Origin: a virus
Lineage: Duplodnaviria > Caudoviricetes
Virus record (IMG/VR): IMGVR_UViG_3300029286_000011
Reading direction: 5' to 3' (one strand)
Length of the DNA stretch: 64,000 bases
Shown: one piece after another, positions 1-8,854 of the stretch
Layout: the number at the start of each line of letters is the position of its first letter
Position numbering within the stretch: the first letter of the stretch is position 1
Program-made: the position numbers and the translations under genes
The notes under the pieces: generated by a model
Seen by the model: only the letters and a program-made list of their open reading frames with translations
The model's database searches: none
Told to the model about the DNA's origin: nothing

Positions 1-447
1 GTTTGCCGAGGGCGCGTGTTTCACATAACAATCTAGGACGTCTTGTGTCCAGGTTGATCCGTCGTAATGCGTAAGGTACAACGTGCCATTGTAGTATTCG
101 CCGCCTATAAGCGTTGTGACATACACCACAACGGCAGCGCCATTTATACCGACAGCGCCAGAGGCGCCTTGAGCCCCTTGCGGACCGGCGACACCGTTCA
201 GGCCGTTTAAGCCAGGCACGCCCTGTGAACCTTGCGGGCCGGCTGCACCAGAAACAGCAGCAGCTAGATCCACAGGAGGTATGGCGCTCAGACCGCTGGC
301 GTCGCAGTCAAAGATGGCTTCTGGCGGATCGGGCAGTTCGCAATTGGTGATATCGGGAATCACCTCGATTGGCTGTACGGCAGGAACCTCACAGTCAGCC
401 GGGTCAAACACGGGATCAAAATTGTATGGTCCGCCTGTATAGCCCAT
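1..447 (-). CDS. Collagen-like virion fibre protein (3'-truncated by the window edge)
   Basis: Not in the ORF track. Hand-translated from ATG at 447: MGYTGGPYNFDPVFDPADCEVPAVQPIEVIPDITNCELPDPP...GPQGSQGVPGLNGLNGVAGPQGAQGASGAVGINGAA..., open to position 1. About 12 G-X-Y triplets. Starts 1 nt after the stop of the upstream gene. Confidence 0.8.
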   Translation of the reverse strand, partial: MGYTGGPYNFDPVFDPADCEVPAVQPIEVIPDITNCELPDPPEAIFDCDASGLSAIPPVDLAAAVSGAAGPQGSQGVPGLNGLNGVAGPQGAQGASGAVGINGAAVVVYVTTLIGGEYYNGTLYLTHYDGSTWTQDVLDCYVKHAPSAN

Positions 448-448
448 A

Positions 449-1408
449 TCAGTTCTCGCCGTAACACACTGCCATGCCCTGCATATTCACAGCCACGGTT
501 ATCGTAGCCGTTACAGGGTCGAACTCTATCTGTACACCGTCGCCGCCTACCAATGAGATAGTCCTGCCGCCCACACCATTGACGGTACGCAGGACTTCGT
601 TACACATAGGACTACCATCGAGTGTAGAGGCAAACTCTGGAGCCTGTTCTAGCTGAAATACAGGCTGTTGCTCACACGGGCTTACCTTATCGTTGTCTAC
701 GTCAGCGCTGACCGTGATGCTGTTATCAACAGAGTTCAGCTCTAGCCTGCAATAGATGCCCTCCTGCAGTCGAAGATCACCACACATGCCTATCTGTCGT
801 GGCCATATGTCTTGAGGCGTTACTGGCCATACGACAGCAGAGCAATCTTCATCAGTTTCAAATCGTGTCCTATCCTCGTTAGCTATGCTGACACTGCGAG
901 CGTAACTTGCCACAAGATTCTGAACTACACCAGGCTCTATGATCATGGTGCCTGTCAGGCTGTTACCGTCTGTCAGCAGCGCTGCCAACTCGGCAAGATT
1001 ACCAAAGACAACGAACCCTTCCCAGCGTACGTCGTCTATCGTATCGCCGGTCGATAGGACAGATTCTGAGATCTCTAGCGGCACAACCTCAGAGACAGGC
1101 TCTTCTTCGTCAGTGTCAGCTTCGACAAATACAGGCACGTACACTGGATCAGAAAGACTTCGGCTAACTTGGAACACACCTTCGTTGAGCCCAGGTGCGT
1201 CCGAGTAGAAGCTGAATACAAACGTATCACCGGTGCGTGCTACGCTTGCCAGCCATATGCTATGAACAGCGCTGTCAAATTCCGATAAGACACCAGCTAT
1301 AAAGCCTGCGTCCACTATCGTTGAATCCGGCACGAAACATGACGACACTTCTGTGAAAGGCCATGTTCGATTTGCGTTGGTGTTATACCAGCCGGCTTGT
1401 GCTTGCAT
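449..1408 (-). CDS. Tail/baseplate-associated protein, paralog family member (N-terminal W..N..R.[WY]PF motif)
   Basis: 319 aa ORF in a tightly packed operon. WYNTNANRTWPF and later blocks align by eye with ORFs at 1419, 2740, 4416 and 11097. Confidence 0.7.
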   Translation of the reverse strand: MQAQAGWYNTNANRTWPFTEVSSCFVPDSTIVDAGFIAGVLSEFDSAVHSIWLASVARTGDTFVFSFYSDAPGLNEGVFQVSRSLSDPVYVPVFVEADTDEEEPVSEVVPLEISESVLSTGDTIDDVRWEGFVVFGNLAELAALLTDGNSLTGTMIIEPGVVQNLVASYARSVSIANEDRTRFETDEDCSAVVWPVTPQDIWPRQIGMCGDLRLQEGIYCRLELNSVDNSITVSADVDNDKVSPCEQQPVFQLEQAPEFASTLDGSPMCNEVLRTVNGVGGRTISLVGGDGVQIEFDPVTATITVAVNMQGMAVCYGEN

Positions 1409-1418
1409 TGCAGAAGTC

Positions 1419-2246
1419 TCACCGAATGCTGTTTAGCTTTTCGCCCACAACCTCAATAAGTAACCCCTGCGCTGTAGAGCGGATACGCAGGATGCTATCT
1501 TCAGCGTCCTGATTGCCTACAGTGAGCTTGAAGTCGCCGTATTGATCCGGAGAACATACAAGGCTTCTCGACGCATCTTTGACAGTGATGGTCTTGATAT
1601 GCCTAGGTGCAACAAATAGCCCTGTACCTAGTCGCCTGTTGAATAACGGATCACCAACAACGTCTATACGAATCGCGCTCAACACCTGTCGGGCCGTACC
1701 ACCCACACCTGCAGGTATTACAGCCTCCTGCGCAGACAATACAATCCCAGCGCCGCCAACAAACCAGACATCGCCTGTTACCAACGTACCGTCATCCAGT
1801 AAGAAACCACGCAGGCCTATTTCTGGTGTAGGTATGCAGCAGCTGGCAACGAACTCAGTTTGATCTTGCTCAAAGCTGAATGCACCAGTACCCCAGGTCT
1901 GGAAAATGGCTAGCCTGTTGGCCTCAGATACTAGCACACCTGCAGCTCGTCCGTAGTAGTCGAACAATGGCAATACGTCAGGCGGGCTCAACAGTGTGAA
2001 GCTGCCGTAGGCTCTAGTGGCTGTAGTTGAATCACCAATAACGATGCGAACTTCCTGCTGCGTCACAACCACCTGCGATAAATACAAACCGACAGTTCCG
2101 CCTACTGGATGCAGTGCAGCATCCAGAAACGTTGTCTCTGGTATAAAGACACCGCCGTCATTAACCAATGTGGCCTTATCAGAGAACGGGTACTTGGTGT
2201 TCTCTAACGACGGACGGAACTCGGGTTGTAGTATGCGCTCACTCAT
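1419..2246 (-). CDS. Tail/baseplate-associated protein, paralog family member
   Basis: 275 aa. Blocks LENTKYPFSD, IPETTFLDAAL, LYLSQV and VTGDVWFVGG are shared with neighbouring paralogs. Confidence 0.7.
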   Translation of the reverse strand: MSERILQPEFRPSLENTKYPFSDKATLVNDGGVFIPETTFLDAALHPVGGTVGLYLSQVVVTQQEVRIVIGDSTTATRAYGSFTLLSPPDVLPLFDYYGRAAGVLVSEANRLAIFQTWGTGAFSFEQDQTEFVASCCIPTPEIGLRGFLLDDGTLVTGDVWFVGGAGIVLSAQEAVIPAGVGGTARQVLSAIRIDVVGDPLFNRRLGTGLFVAPRHIKTITVKDASRSLVCSPDQYGDFKLTVGNQDAEDSILRIRSTAQGLLIEVVGEKLNSIR

Positions 2247-2731
2247 GCAAATCGCAGGCGTTTGCGAATCTGGGCAGACCTAGCGGCCCTGGTAGTGTCC
2301 ACAACAGCAACCGCAGGCTTGAAACACAGCCCGTACCTGGCAGCCCAGACCTCAATGTCTTTGACATTGTCGGCAGTAAGCGGCCCGTGCGGTTTGATGA
2401 GCTTGGCAGGATCAGTGGCCAATAGAGCCGATATGGACTCAATGCCAGTCTCCCAGACTGCATTACGAGTTGCAGCCGTCACCGTTCGAAGCATATCGTC
2501 CCACAGCTTGTTGATGTCGCCCGGCGGCACAGGCTCACCCGGTTCATCTTCGACATCGTATGCATCCTCTTCCTCAGCCGGCTCATCATCAGCCTCATCA
2601 GCCTCTTCGTCCGCAGCAGCTTGTAGCTCGTTTCGCAACGAGTCTATAGCGTTGGCAGCGGCCTCAGCTTGATCTTCGTCAACGGGCTGTTCAGGATAGC
2701 CTTCTTCAAAATCATCTTCTTCAATTGGCAT
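2243..2731 (-). CDS. Hypothetical protein with acidic N-terminal half
   Basis: 162 aa, D/E-rich, 4-bp overlap with the downstream gene, operon-like packing. Confidence 0.65.
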   Translation of the reverse strand: MPIEEDDFEEGYPEQPVDEDQAEAAANAIDSLRNELQAAADEEADEADDEPAEEEDAYDVEDEPGEPVPPGDINKLWDDMLRTVTAATRNAVWETGIESISALLATDPAKLIKPHGPLTADNVKDIEVWAARYGLCFKPAVAVVDTTRAARSAQIRKRLRFA

Positions 2732-2739
2732 ATGTACCT

Positions 2740-4407
2740 CTACGTGTAAACAAGGTCGCCGCTGTTGGTGAAGACAAATCTGTCAAATATTGTGGTGGCC
2801 TTGTAACTCTCTACACCAAAGCGGCTAAGACTACCGTCCCAGGCTACAGCTGTCGGATCTACGCTACAAAGCAAAGCGCCAGTTCCTGCATTACGCACAT
2901 AAGCCACCACCCAGCTGTAATTGGGATCTTCTGAAGGATAGCAGGCAACGACAACTCTGTACAGCGTATCCAGCGCCATCGCGGGCAACGCCGTGAAGTT
3001 CAAAACCGATAACTGGCCTTGGCTACGTACCATCAAAACCAGTCCACGGGTTCCAACATAAAACCCGTCCCAATCCATTGTCACTTGTATCCAGCGATAG
3101 TCATCATCGACAGACTGTATGCCGAATACAACACTGCCGTTGTTTAGCGTGTTGTTGATGTCATTGGTAAGCCGCATGTCCACAACAACTTTGCGGTAAT
3201 AGGCCGTATCTAGCGGCAGATTCCTGTAGGCCAGATTACGGACGCTAAGCTGTGTTGCTTGTATCGTGCCGCTTACGACAGAGTAACCTCCTAGCAGCGT
3301 TGTCCAGCCCACCAGGGAGGAAAGGTTATCAACCAAGGGCAGCGCCGGGTCTTCCTCTGTCTCCTCCACCTCTGAGTCAATGACGAAGGGATCTAGCTCT
3401 TCTTCATCGATGATAGTGATGGACTCGTCGGATATGGACACACACAGGTCTTCGTACTCGTTGGGCAGCGTGCCGTCGTCGGTAGGTAGACGAGCAGCTG
3501 TAACACACATGTCGCCAAGCCCTAGGCCGCAGTCAACAATGACGCCGCACACATCTTCCGTGCTGACAAGTTCGCCATCGTTGTCCAGAAAGGCCTCCCG
3601 GTGTACGTCAGTGATAACACCACAGCCTGTGAACTCGATGGTAATATTGCCGCTGCAGTCTGGTGTGACGGTGCCAATAGCTTCAACAGGTATCGGATCG
3701 CCGCATGTGTTGCTCTCAGGCCTGTCACCGCACGGACCTTTGTAGATATCAAAGACATTACGCTGCTGGCTGTTGTCGGTATTCTTGAGCCTAATGACAA
3801 TAGCCTCACGCGTTGCAGGGCTCTCGCTGTCACATAGATCGCTAGCAACCGGCACATGCCCAGGTATCTCGACACACTCGCGAACTATCTCTATGTCATC
3901 GCCGCCTATGAGTTTGACAATACCGGTCAAAGCTGTTGATACACCTAGCTTGCCAAACGACTGAATTGGCAAGTCACGGTAGGCTTTGGCAATTCTAGGC
4001 AGCAGTTGTGCCTGGCCTACAGAGGAGCAACGCCATGTACGCAGACCGGACTCTGTTATGTTGTCGCCAAACACTATCCAGCCGCCGACACCGGCAGCCA
4101 GTGGTGTGAGCGCATACTGCTTGTCCTGCATAAACGGACGCAGTATCCGTATAGCAGCCAACGGCACTGGTGTTGAGGGCGCAGTCAGACTATCTACGCC
4201 CAGTATCACTGCGCTTACAACAGAGGCGCCAACGGTTATGCCACTGACATAGGCGTATCTTGCCAACGACCGTGGAAAGCAGATATGCAGATCAGAGATG
4301 ATATTGGTAGGAATGCTGACGCCGGCATCGTCCACTAGCGACGCTAGTTCATCAAACGGATAGCACCGTTGCTGATTAAGCGAGTACCATGCCACATTTC
4401 TAGACAT
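2740..4407 (-). CDS. Tail-associated paralog with acidic linker and C-terminal beta-rich (possibly lectin-like) domain
   Basis: 555 aa. WYSLNQQRCYPFD N-terminus, several Cys, aromatic beta-strand-like C-terminus. Confidence 0.65.
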   Translation of the reverse strand: MSRNVAWYSLNQQRCYPFDELASLVDDAGVSIPTNIISDLHICFPRSLARYAYVSGITVGASVVSAVILGVDSLTAPSTPVPLAAIRILRPFMQDKQYALTPLAAGVGGWIVFGDNITESGLRTWRCSSVGQAQLLPRIAKAYRDLPIQSFGKLGVSTALTGIVKLIGGDDIEIVRECVEIPGHVPVASDLCDSESPATREAIVIRLKNTDNSQQRNVFDIYKGPCGDRPESNTCGDPIPVEAIGTVTPDCSGNITIEFTGCGVITDVHREAFLDNDGELVSTEDVCGVIVDCGLGLGDMCVTAARLPTDDGTLPNEYEDLCVSISDESITIIDEEELDPFVIDSEVEETEEDPALPLVDNLSSLVGWTTLLGGYSVVSGTIQATQLSVRNLAYRNLPLDTAYYRKVVVDMRLTNDINNTLNNGSVVFGIQSVDDDYRWIQVTMDWDGFYVGTRGLVLMVRSQGQLSVLNFTALPAMALDTLYRVVVACYPSEDPNYSWVVAYVRNAGTGALLCSVDPTAVAWDGSLSRFGVESYKATTIFDRFVFTNSGDLVYT

Positions 4408-4415
4408 CAGCGCAC

Positions 4416-5924
4416 CTAACCTGTCAGATAGCCTTGAGCTGTAGCCGGTTCAGTTACAAGCCGATACTGTAGCGATTCTGCACCCGGCCCGACCCCAGGC
4501 TGATAGCCAGGAACAAGTGAGCCATACGCATTGATGACAGGGTTAGGCACAGCGTAAGCATCTACAGATATGCCAACCGTGGCTGGAAACGAGCCTGCAG
4601 CCGGTATAAGACCTAGGTTGATGTAAGGCATGCTATAGGGATCAACACGAGCTGCCACAAATCTGAAGTACGGCCACGAACCCTCCGGCGTTGCCATAGA
4701 ATACTGTGACACACGTTCTATGCTGGCCCAGTCATCACCGTAATCTCCGGCGTACCAGATGTGATAGTCCGTGAGCGCGAAGCTGCAGCCAGACAGATCA
4801 ATCTCAAACACCAAGTTGCGTATGCACTGCTGCGTATTGTTGCAGTAGGCTGCTGATAGCCACGCGTAGTTTGGTTGCTGCAGCTTGATCTCGGCTCGTA
4901 GTCGACGGTTATTTCGGCATGATAGCTGTGCATTCCAGCGAGCTACGTTAGTTGCATAGATGTCTCGCACTGATTGCGCTCGGGCTACCATGTCTGCATA
5001 ACGATCACGTAGCTTCCTGATGGCCTCGTAGCAGGCCAGGAAGTCATCGCACTCGCAACACGGCCCACAGTCGTTGTACAGCTGCAGCGTCGCCCCTCTG
5101 ATTTCAACTTGCCTAGGGTCAGCTGAAAGCAGCGTGCGTATAGGCTGCTGCGCACGATAACAAGGATCCAAGTCTATTTTGAAGTTACCTCGTGCATCGC
5201 CTTCCGCTGAGTTGAGCTGCCGCAGGTAAACACTGTCTTCGCTGCAGTCGGCTGGATAACGTCCAGCACCCGCACCGGGTGTTGCGTGCAGCGTCAGTTT
5301 ATTGCTGACTCGCAACGGCTGTGAGGCATAGCCAAATTCATTCGGCGGTGTATCAACAAGATCTACGGAGCTGGCTGTTAGGTCCAGCTTAGTGTTGTAG
5401 CCGCCACGCAGGACAACATTGCCAAAGACTGCCGTGCTGCCGATCTTAATGCTTCTGAGATCTGGCAGTACTTCTGAGCAAACACGCTCGTCTAACTGGC
5501 CTGTAGTGGGCTCGATGTATTGGTCATACGTTATGACAGTCTCGTCATCGGCCCACTCAAGGAAGACAACAAGCCTAAGAATGGTCTGACCAAGGCTCCA
5601 CTGCAAGATACGAAAGCGTGTACCCCAGTCGTTACTGCTGAACTCATCAGCTAGCAAGCTATTGAATACAACAACACCATTGGCGTCACTTATCTGGACG
5701 TCATACGTGTGCACCGGTGTAATGGGCACTGTGACGACCTGATCGCCAAAGCCGTACAGCCAATCGATCTTGAAGGGACGTTGTAACTGATGCCCATCAT
5801 CACTGTAGGCTAGATAGGCGTCTGCTATAAGCTGCTTGATATCGGCCGACGGCGCTACAAACGGGTAGTCGCTGCCGCTGAACGGCTGAATAACACCGAT
5901 GCCCTGTCTGCCGAGTGTTGTCAT
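4416..5924 (-). CDS. Tail-associated paralog with PCCxC motif and coiled coil
   Basis: 502 aa. SDYPF near the N-terminus; DCGPCCECDDF followed by a helical segment, as in 11097..12047. Confidence 0.65.
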   Translation of the reverse strand: MTTLGRQGIGVIQPFSGSDYPFVAPSADIKQLIADAYLAYSDDGHQLQRPFKIDWLYGFGDQVVTVPITPVHTYDVQISDANGVVVFNSLLADEFSSNDWGTRFRILQWSLGQTILRLVVFLEWADDETVITYDQYIEPTTGQLDERVCSEVLPDLRSIKIGSTAVFGNVVLRGGYNTKLDLTASSVDLVDTPPNEFGYASQPLRVSNKLTLHATPGAGAGRYPADCSEDSVYLRQLNSAEGDARGNFKIDLDPCYRAQQPIRTLLSADPRQVEIRGATLQLYNDCGPCCECDDFLACYEAIRKLRDRYADMVARAQSVRDIYATNVARWNAQLSCRNNRRLRAEIKLQQPNYAWLSAAYCNNTQQCIRNLVFEIDLSGCSFALTDYHIWYAGDYGDDWASIERVSQYSMATPEGSWPYFRFVAARVDPYSMPYINLGLIPAAGSFPATVGISVDAYAVPNPVINAYGSLVPGYQPGVGPGAESLQYRLVTEPATAQGYLTG

Positions 5925-5928
5925 ATAG

Positions 5929-7185
5929 CTATATGGTTACTAGGCCTGGTGTACGTCCTGAGAACTTCAGAAGATTGGCACGCACATACGGGATGTTGTT
6001 GAGCTCGTGCCATGGAGACGGGAAGTAGTTGTACTTACGCACCTCTTGGAACTTCACTGGAGTGCCTATGAAGCGTGCCTGCTCGGCATGAGTCCAATAC
6101 AGAAACGAATTGGCATTCCAGAAGCTGCAATGTGTCGGATCTTGAAACGCACCACGACCATCCGTGCTCGGTGTATCGCTTAACAACCAGCCGTTGGGCG
6201 CTAGACAGCGATAGATCTCTCGCATGGTGACCAGTGGATCGCGCAGGTGCTCAAGAGCGTCACTGGCACGGAATACACCAACAGACCCATCAGGGAATGG
6301 CCACGGTGCGCAATTAAGGTCACGCTGTATGACACCCGGCGCTGGAAGTAGATCGATGCCCGTGAATTGCGCAGCCGGCAAGGGACCACTGCACAGGTCA
6401 ATAGCTTCCAACGAATTGTCCCGACACCAGCGCATAACCAATTCTGGCAGGTAGTGATCGCACATACCTACCGTGCCCTTCTGTATCCAATCATTCAGCT
6501 CCAGCCCTGCTGAGCTATTCTCGTCATGGTGATGCTGTATGTACAGACACTTGTCGATGTGGCGTACGTTACCAGACACGTATGTGCGGCATAGAAGGTC
6601 TTGATCATCTAGCGCCGGCAGCAGCGGATCGTGTCCCATTATCGTGTTGTAAAACGAGCTACGCCAAGCTCTGACATGGTTGGGCGCATACCATATGCGC
6701 GAGAAAGACGCAGGCGATGGTGGAAACGCAACAGCCTCCGCAAGCGCACGGCCTTCCCACTCAAACTGACGATACTGCCAGCCATGCTCGCTAGGGTACA
6801 ACACAGGGCTGCCATCTTGATTGACGTCACACCAGTTCGAATAGACAAAATCGATGCCAGGTTCAAACGCCGCGTACAGCTCTGCCAGTGCATTTGGTGT
6901 CAGCTCATCATCGTGGTCGACTTCAACCAGGAATTCGCCAGAAGCTAGCTTACAGCAGAACTTCTTTAGCGAGCCTATACCTGTGTTTCCTGCCGCGTCA
7001 AAATCAATGCACTTTATGTGTTGACAACCGCTGGTCGCCAACAAGTTTCGAACATCGATTGCCTTGGCATCTTTGTTAGCAACGACAACCCACTCAAAGT
7101 CCTTGAATGTCTGTCGCGACAAGCTCTGCGCTAATCGCCGAATATTGGCAGGATTATGCGTAGGCGTAAAGATACTGAATCGCAT
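5929..7185 (-). CDS. Glycosyltransferase family 2 fused to a class I SAM-methyltransferase-like domain
   Basis: GT2 hallmarks: FSIFTPTHN, QTFKDFEWVVV, VEVDHDDEL (DxD-like), DDQDLLCR. C-terminal IDLCSG...DLN..PWPFPDGSV...DALEHL...EIYRCLAPNGWL is Methyltransf_11-like. Confidence 0.85.
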   Translation of the reverse strand: MRFSIFTPTHNPANIRRLAQSLSRQTFKDFEWVVVANKDAKAIDVRNLLATSGCQHIKCIDFDAAGNTGIGSLKKFCCKLASGEFLVEVDHDDELTPNALAELYAAFEPGIDFVYSNWCDVNQDGSPVLYPSEHGWQYRQFEWEGRALAEAVAFPPSPASFSRIWYAPNHVRAWRSSFYNTIMGHDPLLPALDDQDLLCRTYVSGNVRHIDKCLYIQHHHDENSSAGLELNDWIQKGTVGMCDHYLPELVMRWCRDNSLEAIDLCSGPLPAAQFTGIDLLPAPGVIQRDLNCAPWPFPDGSVGVFRASDALEHLRDPLVTMREIYRCLAPNGWLLSDTPSTDGRGAFQDPTHCSFWNANSFLYWTHAEQARFIGTPVKFQEVRKYNYFPSPWHELNNIPYVRANLLKFSGRTPGLVTI

Positions 7186-7212
7186 GATTTAACCCCTCAA
7201 TGTTGTTGTCGG

Positions 7213-7647
7213 TCAGTCAGGATTGACTGATTCTTCCACACCTAGCGCAGCCTCAAGACCTGCGATAGTTGCTTCTGTAGCTGCGATAGCTGCAACGTCA
7301 GGCGTTGACGCCGCCTGCAGCTTAGCAAGAACAGCAGTGTAGTAGCTGTGATAGTAGATTTTGGCAGCAAGCTCGGTCACTGTCTGAAGCATAGCCGCGA
7401 CAGCAGGAAACTTGATAGCCTCGGCGAAGATGTCATGAATAAGAACCTTCTTGGTCAGCTCGGAGTCCCAGGCAATTTCCTTGCTGGCAAAGTTATACGG
7501 CTGGAACATCAGGGACATCCGCTGTGTCAGTGGGTCTCGTTTCGACACACTTACAAGCATCGCCGTCAGATACAGCTCGTTGAACGTCTTGCTTTCGACC
7601 GCAGGCAGTACAGTCGCTTCGGCGCTCGGTATCGGCGTTAGGTCCAT
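7213..7647 (-). CDS. Hypothetical protein
   Basis: ORF track gives 7213..7692. ATG at 7647 (MDLTPIP) has a GGAG 6 nt upstream and is the preferred start. Overlaps the 3' end of the radical SAM gene. Confidence 0.6.
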   Translation of the reverse strand: MDLTPIPSAEATVLPAVESKTFNELYLTAMLVSVSKRDPLTQRMSLMFQPYNFASKEIAWDSELTKKVLIHDIFAEAIKFPAVAAMLQTVTELAAKIYYHSYYTAVLAKLQAASTPDVAAIAATEATIAGLEAALGVEESVNPD

Positions 7648-8806
7648 TAGTGGCTCCATTCTTGTTTCTAGGCTTACGTTTAGGCACGTCACGATTTGGT
7701 CTTGAATCTAGGCTTGCTTGCCACCAGTTAGGATTCAACTCACGAAGCTGTAGATCAATCCAATGTACAATCTTAGCCGACTCTTGCTTGAATCGACAGT
7801 ATACAGGGTTGGGCTTTGACATGTCGCCCGTAGTCTTATAGTTGATATGATAGCAGCCGGAATCGCAACTACGTACAGCAACGCAGCCGGCACACATGGC
7901 TGGGCGTTCTAGGCTTACGACTTTGTGTAATCCACACTTTGCAATGTTACCATAGCCTCTATCTTTGTAATCGAGTATCTCTCTTAGCGTTCCACGGCAG
8001 AACGGCCCATCAGCCGGTTCGCTGCTAAACCGATGACAAAGATAGACATTGCCTTCGCAAGATACACAAGCCATGTTACGGCCAGCGCCGCAACCCATGC
8101 GGTGTATAAAATCATGCTGTTTTGACTTGAATGTAGCGCAAGCCCTATCAATCCAGAACAGGCGAAAGCCCTTACCGGTCTTTTTGAAGTCCTCTACAAA
8201 CTCAATGCCCAGCTGCCACAGCTGTTGACAGAATATCTCTATGTTTTCAGCTGACCAGTCCGGATAGTAGTCGGGCTGTGGCGACATGCCTTTGACAAAG
8301 CCCAAGGACTGAAAGTAGTGCATAGACTCGATAATGTACTTGGCAGCCTGCGGTGCGATCGTACTGCGACGAGTCTTGCCATAGTCTTTCCACAACAGGG
8401 TGGCTTTGTTGTAGCGTTCTAGGGCTTTGACTCCTCGCCCATCTGCCACGGCAGCAGGACAGCCGTCCACAGACCGCTGCACACTCAGCTTATTACGTTT
8501 GCAGTATTCGAAGATCTCTACGTCGTCAGATAGGCCGTTACTCATAACAGAAAAATGAGTTCCAGCCCCTCTTGATTTCAATGTGTCGACAAGATACTTA
8601 AGACTGTCAAACGCCAGCAAAGGTTCCCCGCCGTACAGCTGCAACTTACCTAGACGACCGCGCATGGTTATCTCGATCACGTCGTCCAACACAGCCTTCG
8701 ACATGTCTACATTGGTTTTATGCTGTCCGAGATAGCAATAAGGGCAGTCAAGATTGCATCGCCTGGTGAGCTCGATGTCTAGTGAACGAATGCCGGAAAA
8801 ACCCAT
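7493..8806 (-). CDS. Radical SAM enzyme with SPASM domain (peptide/protein-maturase type)
   Basis: CxxxCxxC (CNLDCPYC), GGEPLL, SNG, RSVDG; SPASM cysteines CGAG..C...CHRF and CAGCVAVRSCDSGC...NPVYC. GGAGGGG RBS. Confidence 0.92.
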   Translation of the reverse strand: MGFSGIRSLDIELTRRCNLDCPYCYLGQHKTNVDMSKAVLDDVIEITMRGRLGKLQLYGGEPLLAFDSLKYLVDTLKSRGAGTHFSVMSNGLSDDVEIFEYCKRNKLSVQRSVDGCPAAVADGRGVKALERYNKATLLWKDYGKTRRSTIAPQAAKYIIESMHYFQSLGFVKGMSPQPDYYPDWSAENIEIFCQQLWQLGIEFVEDFKKTGKGFRLFWIDRACATFKSKQHDFIHRMGCGAGRNMACVSCEGNVYLCHRFSSEPADGPFCRGTLREILDYKDRGYGNIAKCGLHKVVSLERPAMCAGCVAVRSCDSGCYHINYKTTGDMSKPNPVYCRFKQESAKIVHWIDLQLRELNPNWWQASLDSRPNRDVPKRKPRNKNGATNGPNADTERRSDCTACGRKQDVQRAVSDGDACKCVETRPTDTADVPDVPAV

Positions 8807-8817
8807 AAAACCCCTCC

Positions 8818-8843
8818 AGATTTAATTAGCGCTAATTACATCT
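8818..8843. repeat. 26-bp intergenic palindrome, copy 1 (one mismatch)
   Basis: AGATTTAATTAGCGCTAATTACATCT between the fibre gene stop (8855) and the radical SAM RBS. Confidence 0.95.
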
Positions 8844-8854
8844 CCGCCGGGTCA

